From: Eubacteriales bacterium | GTDB taxonomy: Bacteria > Bacillota > Clostridia > Oscillospirales > CAG-272 | Length of the DNA stretch: 43,294 nucleotides | Assembly (NCBI GenBank): GCA_045533755.1 | Contig: JAZSIJ010000069.1 | Span: forward strand, 1-43,294 | Reading direction: 5' to 3' | Position numbers and translations under genes: made by a program | The notes under the pieces: model-generated | What the model was told of the DNA's origin: nothing | Seen by the model: only the letters and a program-made list of their open reading frames with translations | Databases searched by the model: none | Part shown: one piece after another, positions 1 to 11,137 of the stretch | How positions within the stretch are numbered: the first letter of the stretch is position 1 | Layout: every line of letters begins with the position of its first letter

Positions 1-1079
<1,079 letters not shown>

Positions 1080-1328
1080 GGGGCTGCCATATTTGGAAAG
1101 ACCGAAAAAGTAAAAAAATAAAAAGCTTTCGATTAAAAAAACTTCAAATGGAGCTATACAGAGGTTGAAATACTACGGATTTCTTCTGTTAAAATGACTT
1201 TTTCTACCGTCTTTCGCTCCCTCTCGATGTATTTATATACACCTTCGGGTCGCGAAAAACGCTTCTTTCTCAAATCTTCCTATCCCCTTTAAGTAGCTTG
1301 TTTATTTGGTTTTGAAAGGAATTTATAA

Positions 1329-3884
1329 ATGGAACATACATATAAAAGCGCCGATATCGAGTTTCCTTTACAGAAAATAGAGGAAAGAGATATGGAAAAG
1401 GAGGTAAGAACCTCATTTATAGAGTATTCTATGAGCGTAATTACCTCAAGAGCACTTCCCGACGTCAGAGACGGTATGAAGCCGGGACAGAGGCGTATTC
1501 TCTACGCTATGTACGAGGACAACCTCACCCATGATAAGCCATTCAGAAAGTCGGCAACGACTGTCGGTAACGTTCTCGGTAGATACCACCCGCACGGCGA
1601 CTCTGCCGTTTACGGCACTATGGTAAGAATGGCGCAAGACTTTTCTCTTCGTTATCCTCTTATAGAGGGACACGGTAACTTCGGTAACGTGGACGGTGAC
1701 GGAGCTGCCGCATACCGTTATACCGAGGCGAGAATGAGCCGCATGGCTAACCACATGATGACCGACATCGAAAAGTGTGTCGTTCCCATGACGAGAAACT
1801 TTGATAACACGCGTGACGAGCCGACGGTGCTTCCCTCGCGCTTCCCTAACCTTCTCGTTAACGGCTCTGTCGGTATTGCCGTCGGTATGGCTACAAATAT
1901 TCCCCCTCACAATCTCACAGAGGTTATTGACGGCACGGTTTACAGAATTGACAACCCCGAGTGCTCAGTTGACGAGCTGATGCAGTTTATAAAGGGCCCC
2001 GACTTCCCCACCGCCGCTATAATCTACGGCTCACGCGGAATACGCGAGGCATACGAAACCGGACGCGGCAGAGTTTATATCAGAGCGAGAGCCGAGATAA
2101 ACGAGGAAAAGCATCAGATAATCTTCACCGAAATTCCCTATATGGTCAACAAGTCAAGTCTTGTTGAGAGCATTGCCAATCTCCACCGAGAGAAGAAGAT
2201 TGAGGGACTGACAGCTCTCCGCGACGAGTCGGGCAGAGGCGGTATGCGTATCGTCGTCGAGTACAGACGCGACGCAAACTCCGAGTATATACTCAATCAG
2301 CTCTATAAGTACACTCAGCTTCAGGACACCTGCTCGGTCAATATGCTCGTTATCGACGGCGGTGAGCCGAAGACTATGAATCTCCCCGAGATTCTCGATA
2401 AGTACATCGGATTCCAAAAGGAAGTTATTGTCAAGAGAACTCAGTTTGACCTTGACAAAGCGCTTCGCGAGATGCATATTCTCGAGGGCTACAAGATTGC
2501 AATAGACAACATCGACGAGGTTATTAAAATTATTAAGTCCTCGGCTTCAATTCCTGCGGCAAAGGCGGCTCTTATAGAGAGATTTGAACTTTCCGACGCG
2601 CAGGCGCAGGCTATTGTCGAGATGACGCTCGGTAAGCTTTCGGGACTTGAAAGACAGAAGGTTGAGGACAGAATTGCAAAGCTTATCGAGGTTGTGGCAG
2701 AGCTTCGTTCAATACTTGCAGACGAGGGCAAGGTGCGCGAGATAATTAAGTCCGAGCTTGAGGAAATCAAGAAAAGGTACGGCGATGAGCGCCGCTCCGA
2801 GCTTTGCGAGGCGGTTGATGAGATTGACCTTGAGGATCTTATCGACAGACACACCTGCGTTATCACAGTTTCCCATACCGGCTACATCAAGCGTCAGAGA
2901 GCCGACGTATATTCTGCTCAGAACAGAGGCGGCAAGGGCATTATAGGTATGACCACCAAGGAGGACGACTACGTCGAGGACGTTATCGTTTCCAACTCTC
3001 ACTCGCATCTTATGTTCTTCACGAGCAAGGGCAGAGTTTACGCAAAGAAGGCGTACAGAATTCCCGAGGCGTCGAGAACGGCAAAGGGAACTAATCTCGT
3101 TAACATTATCGAGCTTACGGAGGGCGAGTACGTCACGGCTATAATTCCTATCAAGGAGTTTGTCGCGGGTGAGTATCTCACTATGGTAACGAGAAAGGGA
3201 GTTATAAAGAGAACTCTTCTCTCGGAATTCGAGTATCAGCGCCGCGGCGGAAAGATTGCTATCAATCTCGACGATGACGACGAGCTTATCTTTGTAAGAC
3301 ACACGACGGGTGAGGAGAGCCTCATTATCGCGACTCGATGTGGTCTTGCGGTAAGATTCGACGAGAACAACGTCAGATGCATGGGACGCGGTGCGCGAGG
3401 CGTGCGCGGTATAACTCTCGCAGAGGACGATTACGTCGTTGGTGTGTGCGTGGTTGACGAGGACAAGAAGATGCTAACCATCACCGAGGGGGGCATGGGT
3501 AAGAGAACTCTCTTCTCCGACTTCCGTCAGATGAAGAACCGCGGAGGACGCGGCGTCACATGTCACAACATAACCGAAAAGACGGGCAAGCTTGCCGTAG
3601 TTATCACTGTCGCAGACGACGACGACATTATGCTCATCACCAACGAGGGCACTATCATCAGAACTCCGGTTGATTCTATCAACGTATATTCAAGAACTGC
3701 GACGGGTGTCATCATTATGAGACTTGCCGAGGGCGCGTATATCAATAACGCCACGCGTCTTGAAAAGCAGGAGGAGATAGAAAAGGACACCGAGGACATC
3801 GATAACGACATTGCCGAGGAGAAAAAGGCGGCAGAGCGTGAAGAGGACGCTAAAATGGCGGCTGATGTCTCGGAGGAGGAGTAA
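1329..3884 (+). CDS. gyrA: DNA gyrase subunit A
   Basis: 851 aa. The N-terminus has [20 protein letters not shown] and HPHGDSAVY (QRDR region) plus the active-site [11 protein letters not shown]-terminal beta-pinwheel repeats and an acidic tail follow. Confidence 0.98.
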   Translation: MEHTYKSADIEFPLQKIEERDMEKEVRTSFIEYSMSVITSRALPDVRDGMKPGQRRILYAMYEDNLTHDKPFRKSATTVGNVLGRYHPHGDSAVYGTMVRMAQDFSLRYPLIEGHGNFGNVDGDGAAAYRYTEARMSRMANHMMTDIEKCVVPMTRNFDNTRDEPTVLPSRFPNLLVNGSVGIAVGMATNIPPHNLTEVIDGTVYRIDNPECSVDELMQFIKGPDFPTAAIIYGSRGIREAYETGRGRVYIRARAEINEEKHQIIFTEIPYMVNKSSLVESIANLHREKKIEGLTALRDESGRGGMRIVVEYRRDANSEYILNQLYKYTQLQDTCSVNMLVIDGGEPKTMNLPEILDKYIGFQKEVIVKRTQFDLDKALREMHILEGYKIAIDNIDEVIKIIKSSASIPAAKAALIERFELSDAQAQAIVEMTLGKLSGLERQKVEDRIAKLIEVVAELRSILADEGKVREIIKSELEEIKKRYGDERRSELCEAVDEIDLEDLIDRHTCVITVSHTGYIKRQRADVYSAQNRGGKGIIGMTTKEDDYVEDVIVSNSHSHLMFFTSKGRVYAKKAYRIPEASRTAKGTNLVNIIELTEGEYVTAIIPIKEFVAGEYLTMVTRKGVIKRTLLSEFEYQRRGGKIAINLDDDDELIFVRHTTGEESLIIATRCGLAVRFDENNVRCMGRGARGVRGITLAEDDYVVGVCVVDEDKKMLTITEGGMGKRTLFSDFRQMKNRGGRGVTCHNITEKTGKLAVVITVADDDDIMLITNEGTIIRTPVDSINVYSRTATGVIIMRLAEGAYINNATRLEKQEEIEKDTEDIDNDIAEEKKAAEREEDAKMAADVSEEE

Positions 3885-3886
3885 TT

Positions 3887-4570
3887 ATGATGAAATATGC
3901 ATTAAAAATAACGGCTATACTTCTTCTGATAGCGCTTCTTCCCCTCTCTCTTATCTCCTGCGACAGAAAATACGACGAGGCAGAGGTAAAGGCGGCGGCA
4001 AGGGAGCTTATCACAGCTTCAATTTCCTTAAACGATATATATTACGGCGAGGGAGTAAGATTTCTTGAGTATTCCGAAAAGAACATTGGAGTTTACTTTG
4101 AAGCAGACCCTGCCCACCTTCTCGAGCTCGGCTTCAGCACAATTCCCGAGCTTAAAACAAAGACAAAAGAGGTATTTTCCAAGGCTCACGCAGAAAGAAT
4201 GTTTGCGGGCTCGCTGTCAGGCACATTCACACCGAACGGTTCATCTACGCTTGCCAGATACTACCAGCAATACACCGAGGGAGGCGCGCCCGATTACGTA
4301 ATAGAGCCCGACTATATAATGGTATATTCCGAGTACGAGAACATGCTGAAGGGCGACGTTACCTACGACCTTGATAACCTCACGGTTCTTGGCGCTGAAG
4401 GAGATATTGTTTACGTCAGCGTAAACGTCAGCATTATATACGAGGGAAAAACCCAGAACACCTCGATAAAGATTGGTCTTTTCGAGGAGGAGGCAGGTTG
4501 GAGACTTGATTCCCCTACCTACGTTTCATATAGTGAATACTTGGATATATACGAAGAGCTTCAGAAGTGA
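3887..4570 (+). CDS. Hypothetical lipoprotein
   Basis: Hydrophobic signal peptide ending in the lipobox-like LSLISC. Starts 2 nt after the gyrA stop. I recognise no domain. Confidence 0.7.
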   Translation: MMKYALKITAILLLIALLPLSLISCDRKYDEAEVKAAARELITASISLNDIYYGEGVRFLEYSEKNIGVYFEADPAHLLELGFSTIPELKTKTKEVFSKAHAERMFAGSLSGTFTPNGSSTLARYYQQYTEGGAPDYVIEPDYIMVYSEYENMLKGDVTYDLDNLTVLGAEGDIVYVSVNVSIIYEGKTQNTSIKIGLFEEEAGWRLDSPTYVSYSEYLDIYEELQK

Positions 4571-4606
4571 TGAAAATAAGCCTAAAGGCAGAAACGGAGA
4601 AAGAAA

Positions 4607-5014
4607 ATGACGTTTAAAGAAAAGCTTGCAATACTCAGAAAAACCAAGGGACTTACACAGGACGGATTCGCAAAGGCAATAGGAGTGTCAAGACAGTCGG
4701 TATATAAGTGGGAATCGGGAGTATCTTATCCCGAGGTTCCGAAGCTTCTTGAAATAAAGGTACTCTTCGGAATTTCTCTTGACGACCTCTTTGACGAGTC
4801 GTTCGAGATAGCGCTTCCCGAGAAAAAGAAGAGGGGAGCGAAAAAGGAGATTACCGAAAAGCTCACACCCCCTGAAATTGAAAAAGAGGAGATAAAGGCA
4901 GAGCCCATAGCAGAGGCGGCTCCTGAAGAGGCGAGCGCACCCGCAGTCGAGAAGACAGAGGCAGAGGAAGAGCGCAAGGTTGGCTTCTTCGGAAGACTTT
5001 TCGGCAGAAAATAA
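4607..5014 (+). CDS. XRE-family helix-turn-helix protein with an Glu/Lys/Ala-rich C-terminal tail
   Basis: The N-terminus LRKTKGLTQDGFAKAIGVSRQSVYKWESG is a classic Cro/C1 HTH. A GGAG RBS lies upstream of the ATG. Confidence 0.8.
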   Translation: MTFKEKLAILRKTKGLTQDGFAKAIGVSRQSVYKWESGVSYPEVPKLLEIKVLFGISLDDLFDESFEIALPEKKKRGAKKEITEKLTPPEIEKEEIKAEPIAEAAPEEASAPAVEKTEAEEERKVGFFGRLFGRK

Positions 5015-5264
5015 GTAAACTTTAATTTGCTTTTTCACTCATTTTAATTAAAGGCGAATAAAATCGGACTTCGGGTTATATACTTTTCAAAGAAGAAGAC
5101 GGGTTTCAGTGCGAAAACTCGACACGGGTACGGGCTAAAATACATAAAAGGGGCGTTATAGCTGATAACAGCCCCATACTTCCCCTATGCCCTGAAATTT
5201 TAAGTGAAGTGATTTTTGGATTTTATGTCGCGCTCGCCGAGGTTGGCAGAGATACATATTTGAC

Positions 5265-5297
5265 AGAGATCGGCGGCAAATCTACCGATCTCTTTTT
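5265..5297 (+). terminator. Terminator-like hairpin in the rnj upstream region
   Basis: AGAGATCGG - 11-nt loop - CCGATCTCT followed by TTTTT. It ends 46 nt before the rnj ATG. It could be the terminator of the upstream unit or a leader attenuator. Confidence 0.55.
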
Positions 5298-5343
5298 GGA
5301 AAGTGGGCAGTGATAGCTGCTCCATATATAGAAAGGTAAATAG

Positions 5344-7287
5344 ATGCAAAAGGAAAAAAAGAAAGAAAAAAAGACTGCCTTTTCAAGACAAAAGGCAATC
5401 AAGCCTAAAAAAGAGGCTCCGCGCCGTGTCGAAGAGAAGAAAAAGCCTGAAAAAAAGACTGATTCAAAGACGGCAAGAAACACACATTTAAAAACGGCAA
5501 GGGCACCCATGTCCGAGGCAAAAAAGCAAAAGCCTACGTCCTATAAGAGCGGAAGCATTCATTTTGATAGGTATGAGACGCCCTCGCCCGCACCGCAAAA
5601 GAAAAAAGCGCCCACTCACGAGAGAAGCGGAAAATTAAAGGTAATTTCGCTCGGCGGACTTCAGGAGATAGGCAAGAACATAACCCTCTTTGAGTACGGT
5701 AACGATATAGTTATAATAGACTGTGGAATGGGATTTCCCGACGAGGAGATGCCGGGTGTCGACCTTGTTATTCCGGACTTTTCATACCTTAAGGCGAACG
5801 CCGACAAGGTAAGGGGCATTCTGATAACCCACGGACACGAGGACCATATAGGAGCTATTCCCTATCTTCTGCGCGAAATCAGCGTGCCCGTGTACGGAAC
5901 GAGGCTCTCGCTCGGAATACTTGAGGGAAAGCTCGACGAGATAAGACCGCCAAATGACCCCGAGCTATACACCATAGAGGCGGGGGACGTCATAAGCCTC
6001 GGCGTCTTTAAGGCGGAGTTTATTCACGTCAATCATTCGATTGCCGACGCCTGCGCCATTGCGCTCAGAACGCCTGTCGGTATAGTTTTCCATTCGGGTG
6101 ACTTCAAGCTCGACGTGTCGCCTATTGACGACAGGATTATGGACCTTACGAGAATAGGCGAGATTGGAAAGGAGGGCGTCAAGCTTCTGCTCTGCGAGTC
6201 CACGAATGCCGAGCGACAGGGCTTTACACCCTCAGAGAGAACGGTCGGCTCGTCGCTTGAGAGGATTTTCGCGCAGTACGAGGACAAGAGGCTGATAATA
6301 GCTACCTTCTCCTCTAACGTACACCGAGTTCAGCAGATAATAGACGCATCTGCAAAGCACGGAAGGAAGGTTGCTATACTCGGAAGAAGCATGGTCAACG
6401 TCATCGGTGCTGCGGCAGAGCTCGGATATATGGATTTGCCCGACGGCGTGCTTATTGACGTTGCCGATATAAAGAGATACAGACCCTCAGAGCTTACGCT
6501 CATAACGACGGGAAGCCAGGGCGAGCCTATGTCGGTGCTTTACAGAATAGCCTTTGCCGAGCATGATAAGGTGAAGCTATCAACCGAGGACGTCGTGGTG
6601 CTCAGCGCGTCGGCTATTCCCGGAAACGAGAAGCTCGTAAACAAGATTATAAACGCGCTTATTCGTTCGGGCGTCAGGGTTGTAAACGACTCGGTCGAGG
6701 ACGTTCACGTTTCGGGACACGCCTGCCGAGAGGAAATAAAGCTCCTTCTTGCGCTTCTGCGCCCCGAATACTTTATGCCGATACACGGCGAGTTCCGACA
6801 CCTCTACGCTAATAAGGACATCGCCGAGTTTATGGGAATTCCCGCGAAGAATATATTTATTTCCGAGATAGGACAGGTGCTCGAGGTTGAGAAAAAGGGC
6901 GTGCGCTTTAACGGAAGCGTTCCCTCGGGAAAGGTGCTGGTTGACGGCTCGGGCGTCGGAGATATAGGCGCTGTAGTGCTCCGCGACAGAAAGCATCTTG
7001 CCGAGGACGGACTTGTCGTCGTTGTAATGGCACTGGATCTCAGCTACGGAATGATAGTTTCGGGCCCCGACATTGTTTCGCGCGGCTTCGTTTACGTTAA
7101 GGAATCAGAGCTTCTTATTATGGGAGCGAAGAAGGTCGTCGAAGCCTCGCTCTCGGTGACCCTAAGCAAGAGGATACGCGACGTCGTACAGATAAAGAAT
7201 ATTGTCAAGGACGACCTCGCAAAGTATATCTATAAGGAAACCAAGCGCCGTCCGATGATACTTCCCATTATAATGGACGTTTGTTAA
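5344..7287 (+). CDS. rnj: Ribonuclease J (metallo-beta-lactamase/beta-CASP) with a basic N-terminal extension
   Basis: Contains KVISLGGLQEIGKNITLFEY, the HGHEDHIGA zinc motif and a beta-CASP region. The first ~95 aa are Lys-rich low complexity. GAAAGG RBS 7 nt upstream of the ATG at 5344. An alternative start at ATG 5509 is possible. Confidence 0.92.
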   Translation: MQKEKKKEKKTAFSRQKAIKPKKEAPRRVEEKKKPEKKTDSKTARNTHLKTARAPMSEAKKQKPTSYKSGSIHFDRYETPSPAPQKKKAPTHERSGKLKVISLGGLQEIGKNITLFEYGNDIVIIDCGMGFPDEEMPGVDLVIPDFSYLKANADKVRGILITHGHEDHIGAIPYLLREISVPVYGTRLSLGILEGKLDEIRPPNDPELYTIEAGDVISLGVFKAEFIHVNHSIADACAIALRTPVGIVFHSGDFKLDVSPIDDRIMDLTRIGEIGKEGVKLLLCESTNAERQGFTPSERTVGSSLERIFAQYEDKRLIIATFSSNVHRVQQIIDASAKHGRKVAILGRSMVNVIGAAAELGYMDLPDGVLIDVADIKRYRPSELTLITTGSQGEPMSVLYRIAFAEHDKVKLSTEDVVVLSASAIPGNEKLVNKIINALIRSGVRVVNDSVEDVHVSGHACREEIKLLLALLRPEYFMPIHGEFRHLYANKDIAEFMGIPAKNIFISEIGQVLEVEKKGVRFNGSVPSGKVLVDGSGVGDIGAVVLRDRKHLAEDGLVVVVMALDLSYGMIVSGPDIVSRGFVYVKESELLIMGAKKVVEASLSVTLSKRIRDVVQIKNIVKDDLAKYIYKETKRRPMILPIIMDVC

Positions 7288-7305
7288 TGTAAACAAATAT
7301 TTACA
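7288..7305. repeat. 18-bp box TGTAAACAAATATTTACA (perfect TGTAAA-N6-TTTACA arms)
   Basis: Begins on the nucleotide after the rnj stop codon (7285-7287). It lies 4 nt before the convergent terminator hairpin. Confidence 0.9.
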
Positions 7306-7309
7306 AAAT

Positions 7310-7356
7310 CACCCGTATGGAGCGTTAAAACTTCACACGGGTGCTGCTTTTATTTT
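7310..7356. terminator. Bidirectional intrinsic terminator between rnj and the AraC gene
   Basis: The arms CACCCGTATGGAG and CTTCACACGGGTG give about 13 bp with one mismatch and one wobble. CTGCTTTTATTTTT follows, and an A-rich tract precedes. Confidence 0.7.
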
Positions 7357-7365
7357 TGCAAGATT

Positions 7366-8139
7366 TTAGCTATCGTCTTTCCCTGCCTTTGACGGAGAGG
7401 TTGAGAAGTGCTTTTTATACGCCTTTGAAAAATTGAAGGCGTCGGAATATCCTACCATAGACGCCGTTTCGTTTACCGAGTGTCCGTCCAAAAGAAAGCT
7501 CCGAGCTTTTTCCATTCGAAGCGACGTAATATATTCCTTTATTCCCATGCCGTAGCGCTTTTTGAACATTCTGAAAAGATAGCTTCGCTCAAAGCCGAAG
7601 GAGCGCGCAAGCTCTCCGACCCTTATGTCTGTCATATAGTTGTATTTTATATATTTTCTGAGTGTCGAAAGAGTGTCGTAGTTCTCTTCGGTAGTCGAGA
7701 AAAGGGCGTGTATAAGCTCGTATAACAGCGAAACGTAGAGGTATGGCGCAGTTATATCGCTTTTGATTGCGTCGCGCAGACGGTGCGCGGTTTCTGAGGG
7801 GTATTTAAGAACAGAGCACCCGCAGTCAAATACCGATGCAAGCTCTCCGTTAAAGGCTATCCATATATATTCCCACGGGTCATTTGCATCGGCGGTATAA
7901 ACGGTTATCTCTCCGGGGCGGATAATGAAGAGCTCACCTGCCGAAATTCCATGCTCACCGTATTTGTCCTTGAGCACACCTCTGCCCGAAAGGCAAAAAT
8001 GTATAAGATAGCAATCTCTGACGTACGGACCGAAGCTGTGCAGGCTCTCGCATTTTTCCGCCCCTATAAAAAGCGGTGCGATGTCCGAAAAACGAAAAGA
8101 CGTGTGCATCTGCTTGTTTTTCGTTGAAACGTGTTTCAT
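7366..8139 (-). CDS. AraC-family transcriptional regulator (cupin sensor plus C-terminal HTH)
   Basis: The C-terminus DIRVGELARSFGFERSYLFRMFKKRYGMGIKEYI...FNFSKAYKKHF is a typical AraC double HTH. I chose the ATG at 8139 (MKHVST) because of the GAGGGA RBS. The ORF-track start at 8193 has no RBS. Confidence 0.85.
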   Translation of the reverse strand: MKHVSTKNKQMHTSFRFSDIAPLFIGAEKCESLHSFGPYVRDCYLIHFCLSGRGVLKDKYGEHGISAGELFIIRPGEITVYTADANDPWEYIWIAFNGELASVFDCGCSVLKYPSETAHRLRDAIKSDITAPYLYVSLLYELIHALFSTTEENYDTLSTLRKYIKYNYMTDIRVGELARSFGFERSYLFRMFKKRYGMGIKEYITSLRMEKARSFLLDGHSVNETASMVGYSDAFNFSKAYKKHFSTSPSKAGKDDS

Positions 8140-8272
8140 ATATTTCCCTCTTAAAACCTTACTAAACAACATTTTAACATATATTAGTCGCAAAAATCAA
8201 TAGAAAAGACGCATTTTATATGATAAAATTTAATTAAAAGGTTGCGAAAAGACTTGTGGCAAGGAGTTGAAA

Positions 8273-8479
8273 ATGCACTTTCCGAGAATTAGAGAGCTGC
8301 GAATTGAAAAAAAGAAAATGCAAAGTGAAATTGCGGCTTTGCTATACTTATCGCAGCAGCAGTACAGCCTATACGAATGCGGAACGCGTGAGATTCCCGT
8401 CAGCTACCTGATAGTTCTTGCCGGCTTCTACGAGGTTTCTACCGATTATATTCTCGGCCTTACTGATAAGAGAACTTAA
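8273..8479 (+). CDS. Small XRE-family HTH protein
   Basis: IRELRIEKKKMQSEIAALLYLSQQQYSLYECGTREIP is an HTH. An AAGGAG RBS lies 6 nt before the ATG at 8273. The ORF-track TTG at 8267 overlaps the RBS. Confidence 0.8.
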   Translation: MHFPRIRELRIEKKKMQSEIAALLYLSQQQYSLYECGTREIPVSYLIVLAGFYEVSTDYILGLTDKRT

Positions 8480-8614
8480 GGTATGTTGATCATGACTCTT
8501 GACAAGAACTGAATCTGTGTCACAAATTCCGTAAGGGATTTATTTTGTTGCGTAGTGTCCGTAAGAGCACTGCGTTAAGGGACTTCACTTTTGCGAAGGC
8601 AAAGACTTCACTAA

Positions 8615-8660
8615 CAGAGAGAGGACGCTTCGGGTTTTAACCGAAACGCCCTCTGTTTTT
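8615..8660 (+). terminator. Intrinsic terminator (hairpin family member T1)
   Basis: CAGAGAGAGGACGCTTCGG - GTTTTAA loop - CCGAAACGCCCTCTG followed by TTTTT. It lies between the convergent XRE gene and parB. Confidence 0.75.
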
Positions 8661-8681
8661 CTGTCGTTCTGATACTTTAAA

Positions 8682-9572
8682 CTAGATTTCCTCAAGAAAA
8701 TCCTTGCCGCATATTGTGAGAAGAAGCTCATCGAGATCCTCGTTGTCCTCGTAGAAGAGAGTGACCGACTTACGCCTTCCCTTGCCGTCTATCTTGACCT
8801 TTCTGCCAAGATGTGACATCATACGAAGCTCCATTTCCCTGAAGTAGTCAACTACGGGGAGCTCTTCCTCCTCTTCCACGTCGGGCTTTTTCGGCTTGTT
8901 GATGCGTTTGACCTCTTCCTCGAGCTGACGCACCGAGAAATCAAGCTCGACGGTCTTGTCTGCAAGGATTATCATGTTGTCGCGATCCTTGACGCCGAGA
9001 AGCGTCCTTGCGTGACCTGCCGAAAGCTCGCCGGAGGCAACCATAGTGAGAATTTCGTCGGGTAAATCAAGAAGACGCATAGTGTTGGCTATTGCGCTTC
9101 TGCTCTTCCCCACCTTCTCGGACAGCTCCTCTTGGGTGAGGTCGTATTCGCGGATAAGCGCGCGGAACGCCATTGCTTCCTCGACAGGATTGAGGTCCTC
9201 ACGCTGAATGTTCTCTATAAGCGCGATTTCGGCAACCTTTCTATCGTCTTTGTCGAGAACTATTGCGGGGATTTCGGAAAGACCCGCCAGCTTTGACGCT
9301 CTGAAACGGCGCTCGCCTGCAATTATCTGATAGCGCGAGTTTCCGTATTCTCTGACGAGTATCGGCTGTAATAGACCGTTCTCTGATATCGAAGCCGCAA
9401 GCTCCTCAAGCGCAGCCTTGTCAAAATACTTTCTTGGCTGGTCGCTTTTGGGGTCAATCATAGAGAGCTTTATGCTTGTTACTTGGTTTTCACGGCTTAC
9501 GTCGTCCTCAAGCGAGTTGTCGAGAAAAATCGCGTCAAGACCTCTGCCAAGTCCGTTGAATTTTCTTGCCAT
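8682..9572 (-). CDS. parB: Chromosome partitioning protein ParB/Spo0J
   Basis: Contains GLGRGLDAIF, the ParB box IIAGERRFRASKLAG, and the HTH QEELSEKVGKSRSAIANTMRLL. Confidence 0.95.
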   Translation of the reverse strand: MARKFNGLGRGLDAIFLDNSLEDDVSRENQVTSIKLSMIDPKSDQPRKYFDKAALEELAASISENGLLQPILVREYGNSRYQIIAGERRFRASKLAGLSEIPAIVLDKDDRKVAEIALIENIQREDLNPVEEAMAFRALIREYDLTQEELSEKVGKSRSAIANTMRLLDLPDEILTMVASGELSAGHARTLLGVKDRDNMIILADKTVELDFSVRQLEEEVKRINKPKKPDVEEEEELPVVDYFREMELRMMSHLGRKVKIDGKGRRKSVTLFYEDNEDLDELLLTICGKDFLEEI

Positions 9573-10041
9573 AATATAAATTCCTGCCTTTTATTATTTT
9601 TTGTGCAAAGTGTAATTTTCGAAATGTTGCAAAAGCGATGAACATTTGCAATGGCTTGGTGAATCGTGAAGGGTGGAGAAAAGCACCCGTGATTTTGCTA
9701 AAATGGGCGCATTGGTGGGTTGTTTATGCAAAATATTTCTTATAATAGCTATTAAAGTGGGGAGATATGCCTTAAAAATAGAGAATTTGAATTTCGAAGT
9801 GGAGAAGCCGCAAAAGCAAATTGGGAACGAAATTATGATAAATTTGACCGAAACAGCCTTTTTAGCGCAACCGGAATAGCCTTGTAACATTTTTTGTCGC
9901 TAAAATTCGATAAAAAGCGACATTGTGGCGGTTAAACGCGAGTTTTTATGTGATTTTTAATATGAAGTGGTGGTGGTAATTCTAAAAACGCCTGATATTT
10001 ATATGGCTTTGCCCTGAAATAATGGCAAAAAATGGAATTAT

Positions 10042-10803
10042 TCAAATGCGTAGCATTAGCTCCTTTGCTACTGCTGCGTACTCCAACGAGCCCTTTCCAT
10101 AGGGGTCGTGATAGCAAATCGGTGTTCCGAAGCTGGGAGCTTCGGAAAGCCTTACCGTTCTTGAAATTGGAACCTTGAACAGCTTGTCCGCATAATACTT
10201 CTTGAGCTCGGCTACAACCTGATTTGTAAGTGTTAGTCTGCCGTTGTACATCGTGAGAAGTATTCCAACAACCTGAAGGGACGGATTATACGCTTTTTTT
10301 ATCTTTTTCACGGTATTAAGAAGCTGTGACATGCCCTCAAGCGAGTAAAACTCGCATTGCATAGGTATTACTATGCCGTCGGAAATAGAAAGCGCCTTTA
10401 CGGTGAGCATTCCGAGCGAGGGAGGACAGTCTATGAATATGTAATCATAGTCGTCTTTGATCGAATCCAATGCCAATTTTGCAAAATTTTCACCTTCTTC
10501 GATGTCGTAGAGCTCTAATTCCGCGCCTGCAAGGTCTATTGTGGCCGGAACTACCGACAAATTTTTGAAACTTGTCTTAATAATGGCTTCTTTAATGTCG
10601 CATTGACCAATTATTACGTCATAAATGGTCTTTTTAATCTTAGATTTTGACAGTCCGAGACCGCTTGTGGCATTTCCCTGAGGGTCCATATCTATCATAA
10701 GTACCCTTTTTCCCTTGTTTGCAATCTGCGCGGAAATGTTAACGCAGGAGGTTGTTTTGCCCACTCCTCCCTTTTGGTTAGAAAAAGAAACTATTTTGGC
10801 CAC
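10042..10803 (-). CDS. parA: Chromosome partitioning ATPase ParA/Soj
   Basis: Deviant Walker A NQKGGVGKTT, plus IFIDCPPSLG. GTG start with an AAGGAG RBS upstream. Confidence 0.95.
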   Translation of the reverse strand: MAKIVSFSNQKGGVGKTTSCVNISAQIANKGKRVLMIDMDPQGNATSGLGLSKSKIKKTIYDVIIGQCDIKEAIIKTSFKNLSVVPATIDLAGAELELYDIEEGENFAKLALDSIKDDYDYIFIDCPPSLGMLTVKALSISDGIVIPMQCEFYSLEGMSQLLNTVKKIKKAYNPSLQVVGILLTMYNGRLTLTNQVVAELKKYYADKLFKVPISRTVRLSEAPSFGTPICYHDPYGKGSLEYAAVAKELMLRI

Positions 10804-10875
10804 GTTTTTTTGCTCCTTTTAACTGAAATGAGGCTGTTTTGACTATAAACCGCCGAGTTTTTTTCCTTTTTATAT

Positions 10876-10904
10876 ATTATATCATCATTTATGTCTTATG
10901 TCAA
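10876..10904 (-). promoter_or_regulatory. Predicted sigma-A promoter of parA
   Basis: On the minus strand: TTGACA, a 17-nt spacer, then TGATATAAT (consensus -35 and extended -10). About 70 nt upstream of the parA start. Confidence 0.6.
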
Positions 10905-10955
10905 CTGTATTTATAGATTTTTTGGTAAAAAACGCTGTTTTTGAGTGAAAACTAT

Positions 10956-10971
10956 TGTTTCACGTGAAACG
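10956..10971. promoter_or_regulatory. parS: parS centromere-like site 1 (TGTTTCACGTGAAACG)
   Basis: Matches the Firmicutes parS consensus TGTTNCACGTGAAACA at 15 of 16 positions. Confidence 0.85.
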
Positions 10972-11054
10972 GCCACTGAAAACAGCGCGTTCAATACAAA
11001 AATCCGCGCTTTGAACTGTTTGAGAGGCTTTTATAAGTTAACCGTCTGAACTTC

Positions 11055-11070
11055 TGTTTCACGTGAAACA
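11055..11070. promoter_or_regulatory. parS: parS site 2 (TGTTTCACGTGAAACA)
   Basis: Perfect 16-bp palindrome that matches the parS consensus. Confidence 0.9.
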
Positions 11071-11094
11071 AAAAGCGATTCTACCCCCACCGAG

Positions 11095-11110
11095 TGTTTC
11101 ATGTGAAACA
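11095..11110. promoter_or_regulatory. parS: parS site 3 (TGTTTCATGTGAAACA)
   Basis: One central mismatch (CATG instead of CACG) relative to the consensus. Confidence 0.8.
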
Positions 11111-11137
11111 GCGGTCGAATTTGTTTTGTTTGGGTTC

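Noticed and set aside
8499-8527. A promoter-like TTGACA downstream of the small XRE gene, possibly driving an sRNA
   Set aside because: The hexamer 17 nt downstream is ACAAAT, a poor -10 element that lacks the conserved A at position 2. That is too weak to call a promoter. The hairpin tract is still reported as a low-interest finding.
9594-9890. Track ORFs in the parA-parB spacer (98 aa on the minus strand, 68 aa on the plus strand)
   Set aside because: They have no RBS, they overlap each other on opposite strands, and their composition is hydrophobic or Cys/Phe-rich and un-protein-like. I treat them as non-coding.
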